The notes under the pieces were generated by a model, which was given only the letters and a program-made list of their open reading frames with translations, ran no database searches and was not told the DNA's origin. Shown piece by piece: positions 20,352-30,324 of a DNA stretch of 64,000 bases. The translations under genes and the position numbers were made by a program. Numbering within the stretch: the first letter of the stretch is position 1; the number at the start of each line of letters is the position of its first letter. Origin of the DNA: Oscillospiraceae bacterium (GTDB lineage Bacteria; Bacillota; Clostridia; Oscillospirales; Ruminococcaceae); assembly GCA_036645935.1 (NCBI GenBank), contig JAVXNE010000001.1:384660-448659 (forward strand), read 5' to 3'.

Positions 20352-21359
20352 ATGAATATAAGGGACGTTGCCGTGCTGGCAGAGACATCTACCGCAACCG
20401 TTTCACGAGTGATCAACGAAGACCCTCACGTATCCGAAGAGATACGAAAAAAGGTGCTCGAGGTCGTCGAGCTTACCGGATATAAGCCAAATCTTGTGGG
20501 AAAGGCACTTCGCACGCAGAAGAGCGGAAAACTGCTCGTTTTGCTTCCCACTATACAAAATCCGTACTATTCTCGTGTTTTGCAGGGCGTTGAGCAGTCG
20601 GCGAGCGTACAGGGTTATGACACAATCATCGCAATAACCCACCGCGATCCCGAAATTGAAAAGCGATATTTGATACTCGCAAGCACAAAACAGGTGGATG
20701 GCGTAATTACGTTTACCTCTGCGTGTTCCGACGAGGACGTGCTGAATTACAGCCATCAGTTCCCTGTCGTGCAGTGCGGCGCATCGTCCACAATGGTGAG
20801 CTGCGCGTGCATTGACAACGTCAAGGCAAGCTATGAGGCCACCGAATATTTGCTGCATCTGGGCAACAAGCGCATAGCTCTGCTAAAAGGTCCATATGGC
20901 CGCGCCTATGAGGTCGAACGCGAAAACGGATATCGCTACGCTCTGCTCGACAACGGTCTTCAGGTAAATCAGGCCTATATTGTTCCATGCGACTACAGCT
21001 ACACCGACGGGTTCGACTGCTGCGATGAGCTTATGAAGCTGCCCGAGCCGCCCACCGCGATTTTCACGTCATACGACCTTTCCGCTGCCGGAGCAATAAA
21101 GAAGCTGCTCAAACTGGGACTTGTTCCGGGAAAAGACGTGGACGTCATCGGATTTGACGGGACGTACATAAGTGCGATGTACTCGCCCGACATAACCACC
21201 GTCGAGCAGCCCGGATATGAACTGGGTAAGGCCGCGCTGTCACTGCTGCTGGAAAAGATAGACAATCCCGATTCGATGGTTAAGAAGATCATCATGTCTC
21301 ACAAGCTCACCATTCGCGAAAGCACTAAGTCGCTCCCACCGGCCGAAAGCACAGTCTGA
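20352..21359 (+). CDS. LacI-family transcriptional regulator
   Basis: N-terminal HTH MNIRDVAVLAETSTATVSRVIN followed by a periplasmic-binding-protein-like effector domain; 335 aa. Confidence 0.85.
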   Translation: MNIRDVAVLAETSTATVSRVINEDPHVSEEIRKKVLEVVELTGYKPNLVGKALRTQKSGKLLVLLPTIQNPYYSRVLQGVEQSASVQGYDTIIAITHRDPEIEKRYLILASTKQVDGVITFTSACSDEDVLNYSHQFPVVQCGASSTMVSCACIDNVKASYEATEYLLHLGNKRIALLKGPYGRAYEVERENGYRYALLDNGLQVNQAYIVPCDYSYTDGFDCCDELMKLPEPPTAIFTSYDLSAAGAIKKLLKLGLVPGKDVDVIGFDGTYISAMYSPDITTVEQPGYELGKAALSLLLEKIDNPDSMVKKIIMSHKLTIRESTKSLPPAESTV

Positions 21360-21462
21360 TTGCAAAGTTCTACATGCGTTTTTTTGAACTTATGCAATCT
21401 GTGACTGTTCGTGTGGGCAGCGGTTTCATAAGCTGCCGGCGTACCGAGCAAAATACTGTAAC

Positions 21463-21524
21463 CCAAAAAAAATCCGCCATCTCAATGGGTTGAAGACACC
21501 CATTGAGATGGCGGATTTTATATG
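21463..21524. terminator. Bidirectional rho-independent terminator
   Basis: A8 run, a perfect 19-bp stem (atccgccatctcaatgggt / acccattgagatggcggat) with a 7-nt loop, then a T-run. It sits between the convergent regulator and Hpt genes. Confidence 0.65.
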
Positions 21525-21714
21525 CTTGTTTTGGCGGTGCTGTTTTTAAAAGCCTGCTGGATTTCCTTGTTTCCATAAGTCGCCCTTGCAAACGGCAGAC
21601 ACCACGCGAGACACAGCGGTGAGCTTTTCTTGTCCAATTCACAAGTTCCAAAACCTGCACGGTTTTTATGATTTTTCAGCTCATCTGTTTTTTAGCCGCC
21701 TGAACACCCACGCG

Positions 21715-22059
21715 TCACCGCTGCAATTGTCCCAGCTTGTCCAGTTGCGCAATTACCTCTGTGTAGCATCTCTGCAAGCCTGAATATTCCTTGTTCCTCA
21801 GTTTTTCAACTATGGTGCAGATCACCCGGCTGAGAGGGGTGAGTCCCATATTGCCCGAAACGCCTTTCAGCGTATGTGCGCATTCAAATGCTTTCTCATA
21901 ATCTGTGGCAGACAATGCCTCCCCCAGCTTGAGAAAGGCCTCGTCTTTTAAAAATGCTGTGTAACAGGTTTTGTATAAGTCAACATCGTCCATAAAGCGA
22001 TTCATCGCTCCATCCACATCCGCGCCGTAATCCTTTAGCTCTTCCATCAATTCATCCAT
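21715..22059 (-). CDS. Histidine phosphotransfer (Hpt) domain protein
   Basis: HTLKGVSGNMG matches the Hpt HxxKG...G phospho-histidine motif; 114 aa, all-helical pattern. Confidence 0.75.
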   Translation of the reverse strand: MDELMEELKDYGADVDGAMNRFMDDVDLYKTCYTAFLKDEAFLKLGEALSATDYEKAFECAHTLKGVSGNMGLTPLSRVICTIVEKLRNKEYSGLQRCYTEVIAQLDKLGQLQR

Positions 22060-22553
22060 TTGGGCTATCCTCCTGTTTTTCAGAATCTGCTATAAAGTTT
22101 TAAAAAGCCGATTGAAATCTATGAGCTTTGCAATCGAATATTGCTCATCACGACCAGCGTTCCGAAACACATGCAAACTATATCATCGTTGATCCCGAAG
22201 CCGATGGCCTTGGAGCAGCGCGTCGTCTTTGATATATAGAGCCGGCAGCAGTCTGCCTGCAATACTCTGGATGTCCGCCGGAATCGGTTGTAACCTCAGC
22301 GCGTTGGACAAAACGGACGGCGGTGAACCGCCATGCACTGCAAAATATAATATGCTTTTATTTCTGCTGTTAGGATTAGATCACCGCTTAAATCGGGGGC
22401 ATCGGAACACATGTCGGAGATATTCACGGCCGTGCCGACAAGGTGCCCACATTGCTTCTTTAGATACTTCAGCCGAACGTCCGCAGAATTTTGGGGGCAG
22501 TTCCGCAGATACTCCACTGATGCGGGCAGAACGCTCTCATTTGCACCTTTGCG

Positions 22554-25500
22554 TTATGTGTTGTGATTTTGCAGAAAATTCCGCAGAGTTTGATAGAGCA
22601 GATTCGGCTCTATAGGCTTTGCCAAATGGGCGTTCATGCCGGCGCAATTGGCTTTTTCCATATCTTCCTCAAACGCGTTGGCGGTCATCGCGATTATGGG
22701 AATTGTTTTGGCATCATCACTGCGCATCTGGCGAATTGCCTTAGCTGCGGTCAACCCGTCCATAACGGGCATCTGGATATCCATCAAAATCGCGCTGTAA
22801 TAGTAGGCTTCTCTCTGCGCAAAACTCTCAATTGCCTGAAGTCCGTTTTCAGCGACCTCAACCTCAAAGTTTTTCGCATTCAGAAGTTTTTTTGCAACCT
22901 CAATGTTGAGAGCGTGATCCTCAACGAGTAAGATTCGTTTTCCCTCGAAGTCAAAATTTTCCGGTGCAATCGAAACAGGCTCTTTTCTCTTTTCACTGTA
23001 AATTTTTTCAAGCGCCGAGTAGAGGGACGACTTAAACAACGGCTTTGATATCATCCAATTTACACCTGCCTGTTTTGCCTCCGACTCAATTGCCGCCCAG
23101 TCATACGCGGTCATGATAATAATTGTGACATTCGGGCCGACTATTTTGCGGATTGCACGGGTGGTCTCAATTCCGTCCATGTCCGGCATTCTCCAATCTA
23201 CAATGACAACGTCATAAGCCGCGCCCTTTTCCCACTTGGAACGCACGGACTCCACCGCGCTCATTCCGGAAACCACATATTCCGCCTGCATTCTCATATC
23301 CCACAGAACTTGTTGGGTGTGCCGGCACACGATGATATCGTCATCGACAATGAGGGCTTTGAGTGTTTCAAAATGAATTTGAGATTTTGCCTCAATCGCG
23401 CGTTTACTTGTCTTCGGAATCTTGAGCTTCACCTCAACAACAAATTCGCTTCCGACTCCTTCAATGCTGTTCACCGTGATTTTTCCGCCCATCAAATCAA
23501 CAAGGTTTTTGCATATAGCAAGCCCCAGCCCCGTGCCGCCGTAAATGGATGCCTCTCCCCCCCGCCACTGTTCAAACGGCTCAAAAAGGTGCGGGAGAAA
23601 ATTCTCATTGATTCCGATTCCCGTGTCATTTATGGAAAATTTCATCACGGCTTCATCCCGCGCGATCTTCTCCTGATATATGATGAACTGTACCCTGCCG
23701 CCTTTCGGCGTAAACTTGATTGCATTTGAAATGATATTGATAAGCACCTGTTGCAGCTTCATCGCATCGCCGATATAGGTTTCCTCGGCGAAGCTTGTTA
23801 TTATAGAATCGTATTCCACGCCTTTTTCCTGCGCCTGCGCATGGCAGATGTTGTTTATGCCGCTTATAAATTCTTCAAATGGGATGTTGTCATTGCGAAT
23901 AAATATCTTTCCGCTCTCAATCCTTGACATGTCCAAAATGTCATTTATGAGTGAGAGCAGAAAACGCGCGGAAATTCCAACTTTAGACAGATATTCCGCC
24001 ACCTGTGTCGGGTCATTAACACAGCCCGCCGCCAATGTTGACATCCCTATTATGGCGTTCATCGGGGTTCTGATCTCGTGACTCATGCGTGAGAGAAATT
24101 CGGATTTCGCGGCATTGGCCTGCTGTGCCGCGATCAACGCGTCTCTTAGCGTCTCATTCTTTTGCTGCTCCTCGTTATAGATATTCGTAATATCTGTTCT
24201 TGTGGCGATAATTTTCTTTTTCGCTCTGTCAAGATATGAAAACTGAAGCTTTTTTTGGCTTAAAGCTCCGTTTTCCTCTTTCACTCGGCAATATGTCGTG
24301 AAGACATCGTGCTTCTCCAGCTGTTCAAAGAGATTTTCAACAGACATATCGCGGATATTCTGCTCGATGTCCTCCTGCGCCACAAATTTGTGCGCGTACT
24401 CTGCGACCTCGTCTTTATAGCTGCCGGCGTACATTTGGGGAAGCGGGGTTTTCCCCGCTGTTTTGACATATATTTTGTAACCGTCCGTGATGGCGTCAAT
24501 CAACACCAGGTAGTCGTAGTCCATGTTCACCACTGTGTACACAAGTGCCTGCGATGTCTTTTTTTCATTGATGTCCGTGGCGTAAATATAGGCTTCGACA
24601 TCACGGGTTTTGGGGTTTTGCAACATGTTTGCTTCTATCTTGATCCAGCCGAATCCGTTGTCATTAAAGCTGACATAAGCCTCGCCCGCAACGCTCGTTT
24701 TCCCCTCACGAAAGCATTTCAGCAAGGCCTTTCTGTTAAATGTCTCCCTGTGTTTTTTAAGGTCCTTGTCGTTACTGTGTATGGCATATTCCCTCTCGAA
24801 AAATCCGTCCGCAGTTCCATTCCCCTGAAAGCTTAAAATAACAGGACTGTCGCTTTGACCGTCCTCGCAGGTATTCTGTGTCAGGTTCATCTTGAACGAG
24901 CCAATCACATCTTGATTGTGTACATTTCTCCATTCGATCTCTTCGTTATAGCGCTCTTCCAACCGCATGCGTTCGGTTATGTCCACAGCTGAGCCAATTG
25001 CCTTTATCGGCTTTCCGCTGATATCGAAGATGGTGTTATATGTGATTTCATTCCACCACGAGATGCCGGAATTTAAATTTTTCCAGCGCCCAACGCTTTT
25101 TGCCGTTTTCTCTCCTGCGTAAATTTTCTCATACATTTCAAGACACGCGGGGACGTCGTCCGGGTGCAGGTATCCCTTCCTGACAATCGTTTCGGGAATG
25201 TTTGGAATCGTTGTAACGTTGTTCGGCTCATCAGCGGAACTTGTGAAGTTGTAGATTGTTCTGCTCTCAATATCCAATATCCAACAGGTCAATCCGCTCT
25301 GCTTTGCAGCTTGCATGTACGTCTCCGCAAGTCGCCGATAGACATTGATGTTCTCTGCGATGCCCTTTGCAATGATCGGTCTGCCGCTCTCGTCAAGCTC
25401 GGTGTTATATTGAATTTTTTTCCAGGTTGGAGTGCCTTTTTCATTCACCTGAATTTCCTCGGTGATATGTGCTTCTCCGCGCTTTATTCTCTCGTGTATC

Positions 25501-25745
25501 TGCAGCCATTTTTGAACGCTGTTCTCGCGAATAAACCCCATGTCAATGAGGCTCTGGGGATAATGTTCCCAGTTTTTTGCGCCGCTGAGTTCCTCTGCGA
25601 CGCTCATTCCCGAAACTCCGACGTCACTCACCGGATCATACGTCCAGTACTGTATTCCGCACTGTTTCAAAATCAAGGCAAGTTCCGCTTCCGTTTCCGA
25701 AATATTAGATTGTATCTTATCCCTATCAGCATCTCTCTTATTCAT
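22554..25745 (-). CDS. Hybrid sensor histidine kinase (PAS domains, HisKA, HATPase_c, two receiver domains)
   Basis: H-box SHEIRTPMNAI; N/G1/G2 boxes (NAIKFTP, DTGIGI, GGTGLGL); two REC domains with DWRMPDMDG and LMDIQMPVMDG. The likely start is the ATG at 25745 (MNKRD) behind a GAGG SD. ATGAATAA overlaps the upstream gene's stop, indicating translational coupling. The track start at 25760 is a TTG. Confidence 0.85.
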   Translation of the reverse strand: MNKRDADRDKIQSNISETEAELALILKQCGIQYWTYDPVSDVGVSGMSVAEELSGAKNWEHYPQSLIDMGFIRENSVQKWLQIHERIKRGEAHITEEIQVNEKGTPTWKKIQYNTELDESGRPIIAKGIAENINVYRRLAETYMQAAKQSGLTCWILDIESRTIYNFTSSADEPNNVTTIPNIPETIVRKGYLHPDDVPACLEMYEKIYAGEKTAKSVGRWKNLNSGISWWNEITYNTIFDISGKPIKAIGSAVDITERMRLEERYNEEIEWRNVHNQDVIGSFKMNLTQNTCEDGQSDSPVILSFQGNGTADGFFEREYAIHSNDKDLKKHRETFNRKALLKCFREGKTSVAGEAYVSFNDNGFGWIKIEANMLQNPKTRDVEAYIYATDINEKKTSQALVYTVVNMDYDYLVLIDAITDGYKIYVKTAGKTPLPQMYAGSYKDEVAEYAHKFVAQEDIEQNIRDMSVENLFEQLEKHDVFTTYCRVKEENGALSQKKLQFSYLDRAKKKIIATRTDITNIYNEEQQKNETLRDALIAAQQANAAKSEFLSRMSHEIRTPMNAIIGMSTLAAGCVNDPTQVAEYLSKVGISARFLLSLINDILDMSRIESGKIFIRNDNIPFEEFISGINNICHAQAQEKGVEYDSIITSFAEETYIGDAMKLQQVLINIISNAIKFTPKGGRVQFIIYQEKIARDEAVMKFSINDTGIGINENFLPHLFEPFEQWRGGEASIYGGTGLGLAICKNLVDLMGGKITVNSIEGVGSEFVVEVKLKIPKTSKRAIEAKSQIHFETLKALIVDDDIIVCRHTQQVLWDMRMQAEYVVSGMSAVESVRSKWEKGAAYDVVIVDWRMPDMDGIETTRAIRKIVGPNVTIIIMTAYDWAAIESEAKQAGVNWMISKPLFKSSLYSALEKIYSEKRKEPVSIAPENFDFEGKRILLVEDHALNIEVAKKLLNAKNFEVEVAENGLQAIESFAQREAYYYSAILMDIQMPVMDGLTAAKAIRQMRSDDAKTIPIIAMTANAFEEDMEKANCAGMNAHLAKPIEPNLLYQTLRNFLQNHNT

Positions 25746-28700
25746 TGTCTGCCGCCTCAAATTCCAATCTCATACCTTCAATTTTCGTCACATCAACCGC
25801 AAGCTCGAGATGTGCGGCCATTCCGTTACGGTGGATATTCTTTCCTCGCATTAAAAACACTTGACTCGAGTTCGGCATTTTAAACAACCGGGCATATACC
25901 TTGGATTCCGACATCTTTGACATCGAGCAAAATTCGCATGGCGCGGTTTTGTGCATCAAAAGCTCATAACATTTCTTTCCCCTACACTGTTCCCGCGTGA
26001 CTCCCGCGGATTGGCAGACGCAGTCATTGACATAGAGAAGATCATAGTTATTTCTATCACAGATATAGATTCTGTCGTTAATCGCGTCGAGAACGCTCTC
26101 CGTGTCGTTAATCCACGAGATGATTGAGGTGGTTTCCTGTTCTTCCCCATATATCGAAACCGCATTTTTGCCTTTGCATTTCGCACTGTAAAGCGCCTTG
26201 TCGGCATTTTGATATAGAACTTCAAAGGATCGATTCTCTTCGGTTGAGACCGACATTCCCACAGAACATGTGATCTCGGCGTTTTTGCCGTCGATCTCAA
26301 TTTCCCGCATACTCTTGCACAGCCGGTGCGCTTTATCCTTGATAAGCTTGATATCGGTAACGTTGCAGAGAAACGCGGCAAACTCATCCCCGCCCATACG
26401 TGCGACGATATCCTCTCTCCTGAAAAACGAACGAAGGGTGTCTGCAACTGTGCTTATGACCTTATCCCCATAAGAATGCCCATAAGTGTCATTGAAGTTT
26501 TTAAAATTGTCAATGTCCAGCATCAGCATCACACTCACGTCGCTCGTCTTCTCAAGACTCTGCCTGATTACGGCTTCGGCGCTTGCTCTGTTGAGCAAGC
26601 CCGTCATCAGGTCGGTCTTCACCTGCTCTGAAATGTTAAAATATTCCCTCACCATCTCTTTGAAACGATGATTGGACTCAATGACGTTTGCCACGCGGCG
26701 AGTGACAACCTCCGTAATAAACGGCTTGACAATATAGTCGTTTGCGCCCAAAGACAGCGTGCTGATTTGCTGCTCCGGGCTGTCATCAGCCGTGATCATG
26801 ATGACGGGAATTCCGTCAAACTCGGGGTGTTTTTTCTTATACTGCAAGAATTCTTTCCCATCCATTTTTGGCATCGAAATATCCAGAAGAATCAAGTCGA
26901 TTTTGTTTTGCATTTCCTGCAGCATTTCAATCGCTTCTTCTCCGTTTTCAGCTTCGCAAAACAGAAACTTACCCTCGAGAATTTTCTTTAACACCATTCT
27001 GTTTATCGCGGCATCGTCGACAATCAGCACGGTGTGGGGGTCGTGGTCGCTTTCCAGCAGCGACGTCCTGTATTTTTGAAGCTCGAAATCAATTGTCTTT
27101 CGCATTGTGACGTCGATCAATTCTCCGACTATAATGTGCTTGTTTCCCGTTCCGGAAACGTAGTGCAGCTTCGTGTTAATCCACCGGAATTCACCGTTTA
27201 TTCCGCGCCGCATATATTCGCACTCGCACACATCCTTTGTCTCGACGCAAGCGTTAAATGCATCTGTCAGAAGCACGCAATCTTCCTCTGTCACCAAATT
27301 CAGGATATCAGGCGGCTTTGCCAACATGTCGCCATGGCCCAACAGGTCATAATAAGCTTCATTGACCCTTATCATGTCAACATGTCCGTCTTTGAATTCG
27401 TAAATCGCAGCCGCCTGCGTGCTGTTTCCAAACAACAGCTCCAACTCCTTATTCAGAGAAAACAAATCGTTGTATCGGTAACCGCAATACTTTTTGTTGT
27501 CATTTAACTGGACATCAAACGGCTGTTTTTCGCAAAGCTTATCATAGTCGTCGAGAGACATCGGGCGCGCAAAGTAAAACCCCTGCACGTAGTCACAGCC
27601 GATGCTTCTCAAAAAGTCAACCTGTGCGGCGGTCTCCGCACCCTCAGCAATCACGGGGATATTCAGCCATTTTGCCATGCGGATCACCGACGCGACGATA
27701 TTTTCCCCTCTGCCCGGAATCTCGGTTTTCGCCAAGAAGCGCATGTCGATTTTCAAAACATCGACCTCGATGTCCTTTAACAGTCCCAAGGAGGAATACC
27801 CGCTGCCGAAATCATCCATCATGACCGTGAAGCCGAAGCTTTGCAATTGCGCCATCGTCCTTCTCATCGCGACGGGATTGTCAGAATATGCGCTCTCTGT
27901 CAGTTCCAGGTTCAGAAGGGCCGGTGATACGTTATATCTATCGACCAGCTCAAGCAGTTTCTCGGGAAATTGCGGGTTATAGACATTCACACGGGAAATA
28001 TTCACGGAAATCGGGTATGGTTTTATGCGTCTCGCCGTCCAGCTGCTAAGGCATTTGCACGCCTGCTCCCACACATAGTAATCAAGCTTTGTGATAAATC
28101 CGTTGCGCTCAAACACCGGGATGAATTCACTGGGTGAGAGCACGCCCTTTTGCGGATGCATCCATCTCACAAGAACCTCCGCACCGCACGGCAGATTCGT
28201 GTGAATGTTGTATTGCGGCTGGAAATACACTTCAAACTGGTTGTTTTCTAGCGCATAATTCATATCATTGACGATTTCCTGCGCGTGGGCAATCTCGACT
28301 CTCATGCTCTCGTTGTAATAAGCATAATAGTCGATATAGTTGCCCTTGCAGCTTTTTGCCGCAAGGGTAGCTCTGTTGTACATTTCCTCAACCGAAACCG
28401 TTCTGTCATCCACAACGTAAATTCCAATTGACGGCACAATGTCATAATTTGGATTGTATTTTTCAAGCGTCTCTTTAGAACGCTTGATCATCGATATAAT
28501 TGAGTGTTCGTCATACGGCAGACACCAGCTGAAAACATCGGATTCAATTCTCCCGTAAGTCGTCTTTTCGTTTTTAGCTATATCAGACTTCAGATGATTT
28601 GCAAGATATATGAGCAGGTTGTTTCCCTCTGACATTCCAAAAAAAGAATTGATCAGCTGAAACCTATCAACATCAAAACGGAGAAAGGCGAATGTCTCAT

Positions 28701-29193
28701 CACGATTCGCGTCGATCATCTCACGTGTCGCAGCAAAATAATTTGTCTTGTTGTAAATTCCCGTGAGCTCGTCGTAGTCGGCGAGGTATTTCAGTTGCTT
28801 GAGCGCCGAGAGTTGACTGCGGTCGATTGCGTTTTTCAGCCTGAATTGGATGATTTTAGGGTTATACGGCTTTGAGACAAAATCCCACGCTCCGAGTTCG
28901 AGCGCTTTTATTTCATTGCTGTTGTCAGTATTCTCCGTAGTGACGATAATGGGCAAATTGCCGTAACGCCCGTCGCTCGCAATCGTCTGCAAAAAGGCGT
29001 AGCCATCCATAACCGGCATGATGAGATCGAGCATAACCGCGGCAATTTCTTCCGCACGCCCGCTCAAAATCTCGAGTGCCTCCAGCCCGTTTTCTGCCTC
29101 AAGCACCGCGTATTCTACGGACAATATTTTCGCCAATATCGCTCTGTTAACCTGATTGTCATCAACTATCAGGATTGTTTTCAATGCAGGCAT
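25738..29193 (-). CDS. Response-regulator c-di-GMP enzyme: REC - degenerate GGDEF - EAL - PAS - REC - GGDEF - Cys-rich C-terminal domain
   Basis: REC domains (ILIVDDNQVNR...MPVMDG and VLIVDDAAINR...MPKMDG); EAL motifs (QPQYN, ELTES, KIDMRF, DYVQGFYFARP); GGDEF (RMGGDEFAAF); C-terminal CVCQ...CRGKKC...CEFC cluster. The ATG at 29193 is preceded by an AGAGGTG SD; the track start at 29319 is an upstream extension. Confidence 0.8.
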   Translation of the reverse strand: MPALKTILIVDDNQVNRAILAKILSVEYAVLEAENGLEALEILSGRAEEIAAVMLDLIMPVMDGYAFLQTIASDGRYGNLPIIVTTENTDNSNEIKALELGAWDFVSKPYNPKIIQFRLKNAIDRSQLSALKQLKYLADYDELTGIYNKTNYFAATREMIDANRDETFAFLRFDVDRFQLINSFFGMSEGNNLLIYLANHLKSDIAKNEKTTYGRIESDVFSWCLPYDEHSIISMIKRSKETLEKYNPNYDIVPSIGIYVVDDRTVSVEEMYNRATLAAKSCKGNYIDYYAYYNESMRVEIAHAQEIVNDMNYALENNQFEVYFQPQYNIHTNLPCGAEVLVRWMHPQKGVLSPSEFIPVFERNGFITKLDYYVWEQACKCLSSWTARRIKPYPISVNISRVNVYNPQFPEKLLELVDRYNVSPALLNLELTESAYSDNPVAMRRTMAQLQSFGFTVMMDDFGSGYSSLGLLKDIEVDVLKIDMRFLAKTEIPGRGENIVASVIRMAKWLNIPVIAEGAETAAQVDFLRSIGCDYVQGFYFARPMSLDDYDKLCEKQPFDVQLNDNKKYCGYRYNDLFSLNKELELLFGNSTQAAAIYEFKDGHVDMIRVNEAYYDLLGHGDMLAKPPDILNLVTEEDCVLLTDAFNACVETKDVCECEYMRRGINGEFRWINTKLHYVSGTGNKHIIVGELIDVTMRKTIDFELQKYRTSLLESDHDPHTVLIVDDAAINRMVLKKILEGKFLFCEAENGEEAIEMLQEMQNKIDLILLDISMPKMDGKEFLQYKKKHPEFDGIPVIMITADDSPEQQISTLSLGANDYIVKPFITEVVTRRVANVIESNHRFKEMVREYFNISEQVKTDLMTGLLNRASAEAVIRQSLEKTSDVSVMLMLDIDNFKNFNDTYGHSYGDKVISTVADTLRSFFRREDIVARMGGDEFAAFLCNVTDIKLIKDKAHRLCKSMREIEIDGKNAEITCSVGMSVSTEENRSFEVLYQNADKALYSAKCKGKNAVSIYGEEQETTSIISWINDTESVLDAINDRIYICDRNNYDLLYVNDCVCQSAGVTREQCRGKKCYELLMHKTAPCEFCSMSKMSESKVYARLFKMPNSSQVFLMRGKNIHRNGMAAHLELAVDVTKIEGMRLEFEAADNE

Positions 29194-29371
29194 GTCCACA
29201 CCTCTAATGTTGAATTCCGCACGCAATCCGGCACAATTGCCGCAAGGCTTTTGGACTAAAGCTTTTTTTGACCACTCTCGAGCTCCCTGCAACTTCCAAA
29301 TATCGCGCAGCGCCCGCACCCCGTGCCGACACCGTTTTTGATGATTAACCTACACGCCGGAATACTGAAAA

Positions 29372-29596
29372 TCACTGTTTGCGATCGGTCCTTTTGCGAT
29401 ACTTTTCTGAAAACCCGATATATTGTCCGGTCTTTATTCGCGCATCTGCGGGCTTTTCCGCATTTTGTGGAATTGCCCAAACCCCCACGAATCGGGTTGC
29501 TCCCGGTATACGCCCTTCAGCACACAACGTGTAGACACGTCTTGAGCTGATTCCCCATCTTTTTGCAGCCTCTGCCACGGAAATATAATCTTCCAC
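29372..29596 (-). CDS. Small HTH DNA-binding protein (excisionase/MerR-like HTH_17 family), GTG start
   Basis: EDYISVAEAAKRWGISSRRVYTLCAEGRIPGA is a typical HTH_17 N-terminus; 74 aa. Confidence 0.5.
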   Translation of the reverse strand: MEDYISVAEAAKRWGISSRRVYTLCAEGRIPGATRFVGVWAIPQNAEKPADARIKTGQYIGFSEKYRKRTDRKQ

Positions 29597-30267
29597 GCCA
29601 ATCCTTCTTTCTTTGCCATATATCTGCTTTAGATTATAAGCCGCCGATGGAATGATGTCAATAAAAATACAAAATACGCCTCATTAACACAGCTCTCCTG
29701 CGGTGCATACCTTTTTTGCGGTGTTCACAGCTCAAGGCGACACATTAATACACCACACGCAACGTTGTGCGCGTCCGTGGGCAAAAGAGGAAGGTTGCAC
29801 TGCGATTCTGTCATAATTTTGCTTGCTCAAACGCGCTGCTTTCACAATATATCTGTTTATTTTCAATTGCGGGATCTTTGCACCCCGTCACGAACCATCG
29901 CACAGCCTCATGAGAGTAACCGCTATTCTGCAGAGTATTTGCACCTTCCCGCGACCTTACGGGGAGAATTGTTCCAATTTAAAAAACGACTGCGCCCGTC
30001 AATCTCAAGCTCAGTCCTTTTTGTGACAGCCATGATAATTGGGAAAATTCACATGGGCGCACATTGAGTCCACAATCTCACTGTTGACACACGATCTAAT
30101 ATCTGCCGGATAAGGGGAAGCATCTGATTTCGACTTGATTGGTCTATGCTTTATATCCAAGGAAAGCCCCCACGCCGGTATCTTCTCTTCCTCCCGAATG
30201 CACCATGCAATGATGATGGGATAAAATCACATCATCAATTTGATTATCTGTTCATCACGCTCAATAA

Positions 30268-30313
30268 TAAGCGAAAGCCGATGAACCTCATAAGGTCATC
30301 GGCTTTCGCTTCA
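30268..30313. terminator. Strong hairpin terminator downstream of the GNAT gene
   Basis: gcgaaagccgatga(a)cct - loop - aggtcatcggctttcgc, followed on the minus strand by a U-rich uuauuauug stretch. Confidence 0.5.
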
Positions 30314-30324
30314 TTCGTTTCGGA

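Noticed and set aside
22478-22590. Three TCCGCAGA motifs as a defined operator
   Set aside because: The motif is only 8 bp, with irregular spacing, and one copy lies inside the histidine-kinase coding sequence. It is mentioned only as a weak possibility.
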